Source of the DNA: Phyllobates terribilis
Lineage: Eukaryota
Length of the DNA stretch: 64,000 nucleotides
Reading direction: 5' to 3'
Assembly (NCBI RefSeq): GCF_046119375.1
Contig: NW_027362762.1
Location: forward strand, 453,840,001-453,904,000
Shown: in pieces, positions 1 to 10,395 of the stretch
How positions within the stretch are numbered: position 1 is the first letter of the stretch
How the letters are laid out: each line of letters opens with the position of its first letter
Position numbers and translations under genes: made by a program
Notes under the pieces: generated by a model
What the model was told of the DNA's origin: nothing
The model's input: the letters and a program-made list of their open reading frames with translations, nothing else
The model's database searches: none

Positions 1-226
1 TGGTAATTTTGTTGACCGAACCTCAAGAGCAATTCACTCACTTCAGACTCTCAGGGATGACACCCAGAAATACATATCCTATTTTTTGCTTACTTGGCAG
101 GCAACAAATTATGTGGGTAGATGCCTTCGTACTCTCTCACTTTTTGAATGGGACCAAACATTCCACAGGGCCATGGGCTCCTCAACTAGCACAAGAGGTC
201 GCATATCTGCTCTGTACAGATGTCTA
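1..226 (+). mobile_element. L1-type LINE ORF2 C-terminal fragment, part 1 (interrupted by solo LTR)
   Basis: Frame of ORF 86..298 reads ...LSLFEWDQTFHRAMGSSTSTRGRISALYRCL, resembling late L1 ORF2. It continues in frame into 1258-1346 and 9252+ once the two LTR insertions are removed. Confidence 0.7.
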
Positions 227-1253
227 TGTGTCACCCTGGCCTGGATGCCACAAATGTTTAATAAAGCTGTGTCTGAGAGCAAGGGGGAGGTTCCCTAGTT
301 AGGGACCATTAGCATGCAGCACCTCCTGTCCCAGGCCAGTAGGGGGAGCAGGCTGCCCCTATAAAAGCTGGAACTGGGGGCAGGGTTAGAGAGAGCTGGC
401 CGACCTGTCTCTGAAGTGAGAGGCGTCCCAGAGAAGGGAGAGTCAGTTCAGCTGTAGCTGAGGAGGTTGTGTGGCAGTAGAGGAGCCACGAGCCAGGGAC
501 GGAAGGCGAGGTGAGCCTGTCCTGGCTGAGAGAGAAACTGATCTACCAGACTTAGGTGTCTGAGGCTGTTAGGATTCCAAGTCCTACAGCAAATAACCAG
601 CCCGCAGGGGATTGTATGTCCCTTGGCCTAAGAAGCCCGGAGGTTCCGCCACAGCAGAAGGGACCAGCAAAGCTGCACCCGGCCAAGAGTAGAAAGGGAC
701 TCAAGTTGCAAGCCATACGGGCGAGAAGACACGGCGAGCTCAGGAACGTGGGCTGTTACACCACGAGGAGGGAAATAGCCAGAAAGAGCGCAGAGAGCAC
801 GGTAGGCCTACACCCTCAACCTGACCAGGAGGGCTTCCCACTTGTTCTCAGACATCCAGGCCCCCTCCTAGCCGGGACTGTTTTTGGGTCTTCTCACCTG
901 TTCCAATAAAGACCCTGAACTGTTCAAGAGGCCTCCGTTTCCTGGCTATCGCGGTCTGAATCATCCCCTCCCTCACCTATCTATACTGCCCTGGGGCCAC
1001 ACTCCTCCCGTGGGGAGTTATATTATTCAGTGGTGCACACTTACATCTGGCCCAGCGGTCTGCACTGCAGCAGCGGTTATCCCTGACGGCAATCCACGGG
1101 TGGCGTAGTCGGAACTTACCCTATATATATATATCAAAAGACGGTTCCCCTTTAAGCCTGACACCCTGAGCACGGGACCGGGTCACCACTACTACTCCCC
1201 ATCCGCATCCAGAGGCCCGGCCCTGAGTACCCCACGGCCCAGGGGACGAGTCA
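227..1253 (+). mobile_element. Solo LTR (Gypsy-type)
   Basis: TG...CA ends; 4-bp TSD TCTA at 223-226 and 1254-1257; TATA-like CTATAAAA near 360; AATAAA near 905. Excision restores the L1 reading frame. Shares GGTGGCGTAGTCG and CCCTGAGCACGGG with 14537-15904. Confidence 0.8.
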
Positions 1254-1346
1254 TCTACATATACCCCTTGAATACATCTCAACCACGACAGCCCTTCCTT
1301 GTTGGACGCTCTCAATACCTGACACCGAGCTCTCCGACTTATTAAC
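1254..1346 (+). mobile_element. L1-type ORF2 fragment, part 2 (between two LTR insertions)
   Basis: Encodes HIPLEYISTTTALPCWTLSIPDTELSDLL, in frame with parts 1 and 3. Confidence 0.65.
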
Positions 1347-2827
1347 TGTGATGAACCTGTAGCCGCCATCTTGGTAATGATAAATCATATCCAGGGATGG
1401 CCACACTTCAGCAGCCCCCACCCTTGGGACCTTCTGTTAAAACGTCAACTAGATAGTTTCCCCCCATCCAGGCTCCTGTAAGATAAGAAGCCTACTTAAC
1501 ACTTGAATGCTAGGAGCTTCAAAGACTTCGAGAGGAAACACAGCCAGCAGGGGGGGGTGCTTCGTCTATCTGTACCTGACCATTTGTCCCATAGGACTAG
1601 TTTCTTTGTCTGTCACAAGCATGGAGGCATAAGATATAGAAACATGAAAAGTACACGCATGTTGCATGGGATGGGCCAATAAAAAAATATCACGGCGTCC
1701 CGGAGCCATTGCGCACACAAGCCTCCGCGGTAGACGTTTGTACGTGCTCTGGAAGCCAAGATATAGCGCGGAGCCATTCCTGAGGACCGTATGGTATCAT
1801 AATTGATATCAAAAGGTCGGTTACGGCGGCCCGAATCCATGGGAACCCCTGGGGGTATCATGAGACCATCCCAGAAGAAGTTATTGGGTTCCATAGAATT
1901 TGGGCTTCTGATCGAAGTTAGACCTGAGGGTGGAGACTGAGCCAGCTGACCTCACCAGCAGTGGGCGGGACAGGGCAGGTAAGATAGCAGGACAGACAAG
2001 AGACAAGTCAGTCTTGACCCAAGAGTGGGGTGCTGAACATCTGAGCACCAGCTGAGGCCACCAAGGGGAGGAGCAGTTTGACCATGCGGTGGTAGGCCTC
2101 AGCCTGTAACAAAGAACCGTGCCTGCGATCGCAGAATCCTCTCCCTGCGTCACAAGAAAATCAAGAAACCGGTAACTGATATGCTGTGGTGATTCTGTGT
2201 GTTGTATTCCATTGTTGTATAGTTTAGCCTGACCTTATACCTGTGTATATTTAGTTGTATATCGTGTATCTAGTGTATTATTATAATCAATTACCTCAAG
2301 TAATTGTGGGCCTGCCTTTTATTCTGCATAACGAACGCACGTCCGTGTGAGCTCGGCTCAAGCCAAAAACGCTACCCAGGGTTGGTTCCTGACCCGATAT
2401 AGGCCCATTCACGGACTGGGCGTATATCTAAAATAGGGACTGGTGGCAGCATACCAACTGGGGATTGGGGAAGGCTGGTAGTGACGGTCGGAGGTTCAGA
2501 TATATATATTCCTGGCGCGGCCAAGGAAGATATATATACCACCCTCACTACAGAGGGCCCCGATACCCAGTAGGTTACAGGACAGTCTCTCTGGCGACCG
2601 CTTATCCTAGGTGCAGTTCCTTGACTGACCTGAGGCTAAGAGGGCGCTAGCGAGTTGTGCTGTGTAGTGACGTTACGGTTTAGTGACGTTGAAGGGATAA
2701 CACACTACCGTGTTCCCTGCGCTGGTTGCAGCTACCTGGCACTACTTTCTCTAGGTGCAGTACCTTGACTGACCTGAGAGGTAAGGGGGCGCCAGAGAGC
2801 TGCACCCACCGGCCGGCTTTCGTCACA
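1347..2827 (+). repeat. 5' LTR of Gmr1-like element
   Basis: TGTGATGAAC...TTTCGTCACA, direct repeat of 7766-9246. Confidence 0.97.
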
Positions 2828-2828
2828 T

Positions 2829-2849
2829 TGGTGGCAGAGCGGTGGGATT
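2829..2849 (+). promoter_or_regulatory. Primer-binding site, tRNA-Leu-like
   Basis: TGGTGGCAGAGCGGTGGGATT 1 nt after the LTR. It equals the complement of the vertebrate tRNA-Leu 3' end (TGGTGGCAGCGGTGGGATT, recalled) plus a 2-nt AG insertion. Confidence 0.8.
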
Positions 2850-2970
2850 GCAGAATAATAGTGTTGTGGGACCCCTACTCCCAGGCACTAAAGACTGCCA
2901 GTGGTAACTTCCACTGCTGGAGTCTTAAGGTCAGCCCAACGTTAGACGGTCAGGCTAAAAGTATAACAAG

Positions 2971-5900
2971 GTGTGTGCAGAGCGGGCTGCGGAGCGGGCT
3001 GCGGAGCGGGCTGCGGAGCGTGAAGCTGCAGAGCGCCGGGAGGCTGCGGAGCGTGAAGCTGCAGAGCGCCGGGAGGCTGCGGAGCGTGAAGCTGCAGAGC
3101 GCCGGGAGGCTGCGGAGCGTGCAGAGCGAGCTGCGGAGCGCCAGCACCAACTGGACCTGGCCCAGCGGGGGCTTCCGCTAGAGCAACCAACCCATCAGGA
3201 GACCAAGTCGTCCAAAGTCCGAGCTGAGGACTTCCCTCTACTGGAGAAGGATGGGGACCTGGACTCCTTTCTGGTGGCATTTGAACGGACCTGTCTTCAG
3301 CACCATCTGGCCCGGGATCAGTGGGCCAGATACCTGACCCCCCGTTTGAGGGGTAAGTCCCTGGATGCCTTGGGGGACTTACCTGCCGGGGAGGTACAGA
3401 ACTACGACTGCATCAAGCGGGCCCTGATCCGGCAGTACAACCTCACTCCCGAGTCGTACCGCCAGAAGTTCCGGAGCCTGCTGCGTGGCCCCAAGGACAC
3501 CTGGACCGATCATATGCGGGCGCTGTTGAGAGCCGCAGAGCACTGGACCTCGGGTCTAGCGCTTACTACCCGCCAGGAGGTCCAGGAACTGTTCGTCACG
3601 GAGCAGTTTTTGTGGAACTGCCCAGAGGACCTCCGACAGTTCCTCCGTGACCGAAAACCAACAGGGGCTTCTGCTACAGCCGCCCTGGCAGACGAGTATG
3701 CCAATAACAGGGCGCCTGAGCTGAAGAAGTCTGCCAGCAGCACCTGGAGAGGGGGTAAGCCCAGTCATGCCCCTGTTTCCCCGGCCCCTAGAACACAAGG
3801 GGTGTATCCCCCTGTTGCCCTCTCCAGGCAAGGACCAGACGTAAGACGTTGTCATCTATGCAACAAACCAGGACACTTTAGGGCTGAGTGTCCCCAGCGC
3901 CAAAAGACCCCATCCCAGTCCCAGAGAGCGCCCAATGTTTTGTGTGTGGGAGGGGGTGGTGGTAGGTCCCTGGACAACATCCAACCCGTCACCATAGGCC
4001 GTTCTGCGGTCATGGGACTGCGGGACACGGGCGCTGAACGAACACTGGTACGGCCTGAGGTGGTGTCCCCCCAGGACTTGGTACCAGGAAAGACTCTTTC
4101 CGTCTCCGGGGTTGGAGGCGTGGAGCCGGCACTTCCCGTTGCCATGGTGTATTTGGACTGGGGTGCCGGAAGGGGGATGCGGGAGGTGGGAGTAACGCCA
4201 AATATTTCCGCAAATGTTTTATTAGGGACCGACTTGGGGCGTCTAGTATCGCAGTATGTACCCTCTGAACCCCCAAGTTCGGCCCCCCAAGAGTGTATTG
4301 ATTTGTCTGCTGCTAATGCCAACCATGTTGTATGTAGTGTGCGTCCTGCTGAGGAGGAGGGAGTGAAACCTGAGGGTAACACCTGCACAGACACAACACA
4401 AACAGGGTTAGTGAAAGCAGGTGGGGAGTGTGGGGATGCCCGCAGAGGTGCTCAGCCGGCGTGCCGTGACCTCTTGTCCTCCGGTGAGGGAGGGGGCGGG
4501 CAGGATTCTGTAGAGGGAAGCTCAGGGATGGAGAGGGGGGCAGCTACCGGCAGTGTAGGGCTCCCAGGGGTATCCAGGCTGCTGAGTATAGGCCCACTGC
4601 AGGGGGAGGAACAGGCCATGGGAGGTGGGGGTGTCCCAAGAGAGGAGCCGCCAGGTAAGACCCCAGGGCAGGAGTTCCCCACATCCGAGATGTCCAAAGG
4701 CCTAGGAAGCCTGCCTGATCGGGCGGCTTGGTCAGAAACAGAGGGGAAGCAGGCACTACCCACGGTCACAGCGGTCATAGCCGCTGTCACCAGGAGTGGG
4801 AGCGCCGGAGCCCAAGGAGCCTTGCAGAGGTCCGACGGCTTCCCCACTTCTGACCAAGTGTCTGCCGGGTCAGACAGCGGCCAGGTGACATGCCCGGAGG
4901 GGCTGACAGAGGATGTGGCAGTTTCGTCGATTCTGGCCACATCAAGTCAGGAATTTCAGGCTGCGTTGGAAGCAGACGACAGCCTGAAAGCTCTCAAGGA
5001 ACAGGCGGCACAGCCTCCCATGGAGTCAGACTGCGAGCGTGTGGTCTGGGACCAGGGACGGCTGTACCGGGTAACGGTCCAGCAGGGTTCACCGGAGGCG
5101 TGGCCCAGGGACCGACAGTTAGTGGTACCCTATCCGTTCAGGGCGGAATTGTTGCGGATCGCACACGAGATTCCGATGGCCGGACACCTAGGGATCGCTA
5201 AAACCAAGGCCAGGATAGCTCAGCATTTCTACTGGCCTGGGATGGGAGCCGCGGTGGGTGCCTACTGCCGTTCGTGTGACACCTGTCAGAGGGTGGGGAA
5301 GGCGGGGCCGCTCCCCAAAGCCCCACTGGTAACTCTGCCAATCATCGAAGAGCCTTTCTCGAGGGTCGCTGTGGATCTTATTGGACCTCTGTCCACTCCC
5401 AGCCACTCCGGGAAATGCTTCATACTCACGGTAGTGGACTATGCCACCCGGTACCCGGAAGCGGTAGCTTTGTCGTCCATTCGGGCCGACAAGGTGGCTA
5501 CCGCCTTACTGGAGATCTTCTCCAGAGTGGGTTTCCCCCAGGAAATGCTCACCGACCGAGGGACCCAGTTCATGTCGCGGCTGATGGAGTCCCTCTGTAA
5601 GCAAATGCAGGTGCAACATCTGGTGGCCAGCCCGTATCACCCACAGACTAATGGCCTGTGTGAGCGGTTCAATGGCACCTTAAAGCAGATGCTTAAGATG
5701 TTGGTCGACTCCCACGGGAGAGACTGGGAGCGTTACCTCCCACACCTCCTATTTGCTTACCGGGAGGTTCCGCAGGCCTCAACGGGGTTCTCCCCCTTCG
5801 AGCTCCTGTACGGGCGACGGGTACGGGGCCCCCTGGCTCTGGTGAAGGAAGCATGGGAAGGGGATTTGGCCACCCCCGAGGTGTCGGTCATCGAGTATGT

Positions 5901-7758
5901 CGTGCGCCACCGGGACAGGATGATGGCCTTGGCAAAGCTGGTGCAGGACAATATGGCCCAGGCCCAGGCCGACCAGAAGCGGTGGTACGACCAGAATGCT
6001 TGTGAGAGGACCTACCAGGTGGGTCAAAAGGTGTGGGTACTGGTCCCCGTACCACAGAACAAGCTTCAGGCAGCCTGGGAAGGTCCCTACTTCGTGCACC
6101 AGAAACTCAATGCCGTCACCTATCTGGTCACCCTGGATCACGCCCGTGGAAGGAGGAAGGCCTTCCACGTGAACATGATGAAGGCTCATCATGAGCGGGA
6201 AGCGACTGCCCACCCAGTGTGCAACCTTCCCGAGGAAGGAGAGGTAGAAACCCTCCTGGATCTGCTCACCCAAGCCAAGGCGGGTGGGTCCATCGAGGAT
6301 GTGGGGGTTGGCCACCAGCTCACGGAGGACCAACGGTCCCAGCTGGGGACCACCCTGCACCCCTTCCGGGGGCTGTTCAGCAGCCTGCCCGGAAGGACTG
6401 AGATGGCTGTCCACGACGTGGACACTGGCGATCACCCGCCGATCCGGCGTTCAGCATATCGGGTCTCTTTCGAGGTGCAGGGAAACATGCGCCAAGAGAT
6501 AGACGAGATGCTGAAGCTGGGGGTGATCCAGGCATCCAGCAGCGCGTGGGCCTCGCCTGTAGTCCTCGTACCAAAGAAGGACCGAACTACACGGTTCTGC
6601 GTGGACTACCGGGGGCTCAACGCTGTAACGGCCACCGATGCGTTCCCCATACCACGCATCGATGACCTGCTCGATCGGATGGCCGGGGCTAAGTACCTGA
6701 CCATCATGGATCTGAGCCGGGGGTACTGGCAGATTCCTCTGACCCCCGCGGCAAGGGAACGCTCTGCCTTTATCACCCCTTTTGGACTGTACGAGTCCAC
6801 AGTGATGCCATTCGGCATGAAGAATGCCCCTGCCACTTTTCAGCGGATGGTCAATACGCTGCTTGAGGGACTTGAAGGGTACGCGGCTGCGTACTTGGAC
6901 GATATTGCAGTCTTCAGTCCCACTTGGGAGGATCACCTAGAGCACCTGCGGCAGGTGCTCGGTCGGATCCACCGGGCAGGCTTGACCATCAAGCCGGAAA
7001 AGTGCCAGCTGGGCATGAGTGAGGTCCTCTACCTGGGTCACCGGGTAGGCGGGGGGGTTCTGAAGCCAGAACCGGGGAAAGTGGATGCCATCGCATCCTG
7101 GCCCACTCCTAGGACCAAAAAGCAGGTGATGTCCTTCTTGGGGACCGCCGGGTACTATAGGAGGTTCGTCCCACACTATAGCACCCTGGCCAAGCCCCTG
7201 ACGGACCTCACCAAGAAGAAGCTGCCCGTCGCAGTCGACTGGACAGTCGCCTGCGAGACAGCTTTCGGGGCACTCAAGGCCGCCCTAAGTAGCTCCCCTG
7301 TACTGCAAGCTGCCGACTTCGACCGGCCGTTTGTGGTACAGACCGACGCCAGTGACTTTGGCCTCGGTGCTGTGCTAAGTCAGGTCAACACGACAGGCCA
7401 GGAACATCCTGTCTTGTACCTGAGCAGGAAGCTACTGCCCCGGGAGGTGGCTTACTCCACGGTGGAAAAAGAATGCCTGGCAATTGTATGGGCCCTGCAG
7501 CGTCTGCAGCCCTACTTGTACGGGAGCCATTTCACCGTGGAGACGGACCACAACCCCCTCAGCTGGTTACACACAGTCTCTGGGTCGAATGGCAGGTTGC
7601 TACGCTGGAGCCTCGCTCTCCAGCAGTACCACTTCTCCATTCGCCACAGAAGAGGCCGTGACCACGGTAACGCTGACGGGTTATCCCGGCAAGGGGAGGG
7701 TGCAGAAGGACGCACGGGGGAACACAGGAATGTGCTACCCCCTCGCGCCCTCGTATAG
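2971..7758 (+). CDS. Gag-Pol polyprotein, 1595 aa (SCAN-like capsid, CCHC knuckle, protease, integrase, RT, RNase H)
   Basis: CHLCNKPGHFRAEC (3850-3891); protease DTG near 4024; integrase HHCC near 5163-5285 and D/D/E near 5374/5554/5662; RT YLDD 6892-6903; RNase H TDAS near 7341. The ORF opens on GTG and the first in-frame ATG is at 3514. Confidence 0.93.
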   Translation: MCAERAAERAAERAAEREAAERREAAEREAAERREAAEREAAERREAAERAERAAERQHQLDLAQRGLPLEQPTHQETKSSKVRAEDFPLLEKDGDLDSFLVAFERTCLQHHLARDQWARYLTPRLRGKSLDALGDLPAGEVQNYDCIKRALIRQYNLTPESYRQKFRSLLRGPKDTWTDHMRALLRAAEHWTSGLALTTRQEVQELFVTEQFLWNCPEDLRQFLRDRKPTGASATAALADEYANNRAPELKKSASSTWRGGKPSHAPVSPAPRTQGVYPPVALSRQGPDVRRCHLCNKPGHFRAECPQRQKTPSQSQRAPNVLCVGGGGGRSLDNIQPVTIGRSAVMGLRDTGAERTLVRPEVVSPQDLVPGKTLSVSGVGGVEPALPVAMVYLDWGAGRGMREVGVTPNISANVLLGTDLGRLVSQYVPSEPPSSAPQECIDLSAANANHVVCSVRPAEEEGVKPEGNTCTDTTQTGLVKAGGECGDARRGAQPACRDLLSSGEGGGGQDSVEGSSGMERGAATGSVGLPGVSRLLSIGPLQGEEQAMGGGGVPREEPPGKTPGQEFPTSEMSKGLGSLPDRAAWSETEGKQALPTVTAVIAAVTRSGSAGAQGALQRSDGFPTSDQVSAGSDSGQVTCPEGLTEDVAVSSILATSSQEFQAALEADDSLKALKEQAAQPPMESDCERVVWDQGRLYRVTVQQGSPEAWPRDRQLVVPYPFRAELLRIAHEIPMAGHLGIAKTKARIAQHFYWPGMGAAVGAYCRSCDTCQRVGKAGPLPKAPLVTLPIIEEPFSRVAVDLIGPLSTPSHSGKCFILTVVDYATRYPEAVALSSIRADKVATALLEIFSRVGFPQEMLTDRGTQFMSRLMESLCKQMQVQHLVASPYHPQTNGLCERFNGTLKQMLKMLVDSHGRDWERYLPHLLFAYREVPQASTGFSPFELLYGRRVRGPLALVKEAWEGDLATPEVSVIEYVVRHRDRMMALAKLVQDNMAQAQADQKRWYDQNACERTYQVGQKVWVLVPVPQNKLQAAWEGPYFVHQKLNAVTYLVTLDHARGRRKAFHVNMMKAHHEREATAHPVCNLPEEGEVETLLDLLTQAKAGGSIEDVGVGHQLTEDQRSQLGTTLHPFRGLFSSLPGRTEMAVHDVDTGDHPPIRRSAYRVSFEVQGNMRQEIDEMLKLGVIQASSSAWASPVVLVPKKDRTTRFCVDYRGLNAVTATDAFPIPRIDDLLDRMAGAKYLTIMDLSRGYWQIPLTPAARERSAFITPFGLYESTVMPFGMKNAPATFQRMVNTLLEGLEGYAAAYLDDIAVFSPTWEDHLEHLRQVLGRIHRAGLTIKPEKCQLGMSEVLYLGHRVGGGVLKPEPGKVDAIASWPTPRTKKQVMSFLGTAGYYRRFVPHYSTLAKPLTDLTKKKLPVAVDWTVACETAFGALKAALSSSPVLQAADFDRPFVVQTDASDFGLGAVLSQVNTTGQEHPVLYLSRKLLPREVAYSTVEKECLAIVWALQRLQPYLYGSHFTVETDHNPLSWLHTVSGSNGRLLRWSLALQQYHFSIRHRRGRDHGNADGLSRQGEGAEGRTGEHRNVLPPRALV

Positions 7759-7765
7759 GGGGAGG

Positions 7766-9246
7766 TGTGATGAACCTGTAGCCGCCATCTTGGTAATGAT
7801 AAATCATATCCAGGGATGGCCACACTTCAGCAGCCCCCACCCTTGGGACCTTCTGTTAAAACGTCAACTAGATAGTTTCCCCCCATCCAGGCTCCTGTAA
7901 GATAAGAAGCCTACTTAACACTTGAATGCTAGGAGCTTCAAAGACTTCGAGAGGAAACACAGCCAGCAGGGGGGGGTGCTTCGTCTATCTGTACCTGACC
8001 ATTTGTCCCATAGGACTAGTTTCTTTGTCTGTCACAAGCATGGAGGCATAAGATATAGAAACATGAAAAGTACACGCATGTTGCATGGGATGGGCCAATA
8101 AAAAAATATCACGGCGTCCCGGAGCCATTGCGCACACAAGCCTCCGCGGTAGACGTTTGTACGTGCTCTGGAAGCCAAGATATAGCGCGGAGCCATTCCT
8201 GAGGACCGTATGGTATCATAATTGATATCAAAAGGTCGGTTACGGCGGCCCGAATCCATGGGAACCCCTGGGGGTATCATGAGACCATCCCAGAAGAAGT
8301 TATTGGGTTCCATAGAATTTGGGCTTCTGATCGAAGTTAGACCTGAGGGTGGAGACTGAGCCAGCTGACCTCACCAGCAGTGGGCGGGACAGGGCAGGTA
8401 AGATAGCAGGACAGACAAGAGACAAGTCAGTCTTGACCCAAGAGTGGGGTGCTGAACATCTGAGCACCAGCTGAGGCCACCAAGGGGAGGAGCAGTTTGA
8501 CCATGCGGTGGTAGGCCTCAGCCTGTAACAAAGAACCGTGCCTGCGATCGCAGAATCCTCTCCCTGCGTCACAAGAAAATCAAGAAACCGGTAACTGATA
8601 TGCTGTGGTGATTCTGTGTGTTGTATTCCATTGTTGTATAGTTTAGCCTGACCTTATACCTGTGTATATTTAGTTGTATATCGTGTATCTAGTGTATTAT
8701 TATAATCAATTACCTCAAGTAATTGTGGGCCTGCCTTTTATTCTGCATAACGAACGCACGTCCGTGTGAGCTCGGCTCAAGCCAAAAACGCTACCCAGGG
8801 TTGGTTCCTGACCCGATATAGGCCCATTCACGGACTGGGCGTATATCTAAAATAGGGACTGGTGGCAGCATACCAACTGGGGATTGGGGAAGGCTGGTAG
8901 TGACGGTCGGAGGTTCAGATATATATATTCCTGGCGCGGCCAAGGAAGATATATATACCACCCTCACTACAGAGGGCCCCGATACCCAGTAGGTTACAGG
9001 ACAGTCTCTCTGGCGACCGCTTATCCTAGGTGCAGTTCCTTGACTGACCTGAGGCTAAGAGGGCGCTAGCGAGTTGTGCTGTGTAGTGACGTTACGGTTT
9101 AGTGACGTTGAAGGGATAACACACTACCGTGTTCCCTGCGCTGGTTGCAGCTACCTGGCACTACTTTCTCTAGGTGCAGTACCTTGACTGACCTGAGAGG
9201 TAAGGGGGCGCCAGAGAGCTGCACCCACCGGCCGGCTTTCGTCACA
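7766..9246 (+). repeat. 3' LTR of Gmr1-like element
   Basis: Preceded by PPT AGGGGGAGG (7757-7765) overlapping the pol stop codon; direct repeat of 1347-2827. Confidence 0.97.
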
Positions 9247-10104
9247 TTAACCATGCTAACCTACTCTATCAAAACACTTCCATTAGCCAGATATGTCGAA
9301 CTGACCCTAAGGATTTCCAACAGATCAGATATTTCCCCATCCAAGGGTTATAAAATGGGTGTCTGGCCAGCTGCTACATGCTTCAAATGTGGCGGCGCCC
9401 AAGCAGATATTACATATTGCTTGTGGTTGTGTAAGGGAATACTGGCTGAGGATCAGAGACTACCTCTCTGCCCTTTGACATATTCTGGGGCTTTTTTGTC
9501 TGGGTGGATCCCAATAAATACAGATGTGACAAAGGCTCTAAAGAAATTCTACCTTTAGTATCAGCAGCTGTAAAAAAAAGCGGTCATCCAATCTTGAATT
9601 TCTCCCCAGGCTTCACCACACAAACTATTTCTAGAAAAATTAACCTTAAACAACCAAGAGTAAAAAAAATTTTTTTAATACATGGGAAAGTTTAATTGGT
9701 ATTCTGTCCTCTAACATCCAGAATAAAATCAATACATATTTCTTCAACACAACATGGTACCTAGAAAGGGAGACAACTGAAGACCTATCCAAATAACCTA
9801 ACTAATACACCTTGAAATATTGGTGCGTGCAGAGAACCATGGACCAAACCCCCCTTCCTTCTGCCCCATCCCTCTGTTGTTGTTTCCTTTTCTTTTCCTC
9901 TTCTTAGTTGTTTGCTTATTTGTATGTTTATAGTAAAAAAAAAAGCCATTTAAAATTGTTTTATATTGTCTACATGCATTTAGTATTTATTGCGCAAACG
10001 TTTTATGTAATTCTCTGAACATATCAACCCTGGGTTGCTAGTTTGTTTTTCTTTTATTGATTATAATCTAAAATTTCAATAAAAAGAAGTTAAACAAAAA
10101 AAAA
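9247..10104 (+). mobile_element. L1-type LINE 3' end, part 3 (ORF2 Cys/His knuckle, 3' UTR, poly(A))
   Basis: ELTLRISNRSDISPSKGYKMGVWPAATCFKCGGAQADITYCLWLC matches the L1 ORF2 C-terminal CxxC...HxxxxC-type region; AATAAA 10078-10083; A-tail to 10104. Confidence 0.75.
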
Positions 10105-10225
10105 GTATCCTGTCATCCTTTGTCTGGAATAATGTATTGTATTGTATGGTCACGAAACATTTTATGATCCCTTGGGATGCTACAGCAATGGCCATGTTTT
10201 GTGTTAGGTTATACTATGTGGCACA

Positions 10226-10395
10226 TTAGAGAGCATTCCACAGTCTGACTGCTCTTACTGTAAAGAACCCTTTCCTATTTAGGTGCTGGAATTGCCTTTC
10301 TTCCACATGTAATGAGTGCCCCCTGGTCCTTAGTATGGTCTTTGGAAGAAATAAGTCATGTGCCAGTCCTTTGTACTGACCACACATATATTTAC
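10226..10395 (-). mobile_element. CR1 LINE 3' fragment
   Basis: Minus-strand RKGFFTVRAVRLWNAL, typical of the CR1 ORF2 C-terminus; similar to 32100-32220 plus 33470-33510. Confidence 0.75.

Larger units (their letters stand above)
1347..9246 (+). mobile_element. Full-length Ty3/Gypsy LTR retrotransposon, Gmr1-like clade (integrase upstream of RT), very recent insertion
   Basis: 1481-bp LTRs at 1347-2827 and 7766-9246 (offset 6419, TGT...ACA, no differences seen on inspection); 5-bp TSD TTAAC at 1342-1346 and 9247-9251; PBS at 2829; PPT at 7757-7765; single uninterrupted gag-pol ORF. Confidence 0.97.

Noticed and set aside
1613-2153. Antisense ORFs of 93 and 90 aa, repeated exactly at 8032-8572
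   Set aside because: The duplication only reflects identical LTRs; no recognisable motif.
3510-7840. Many 60-218 aa ORFs overlapping gag-pol on both strands
   Set aside because: Shadow ORFs of a GC-rich coding region.
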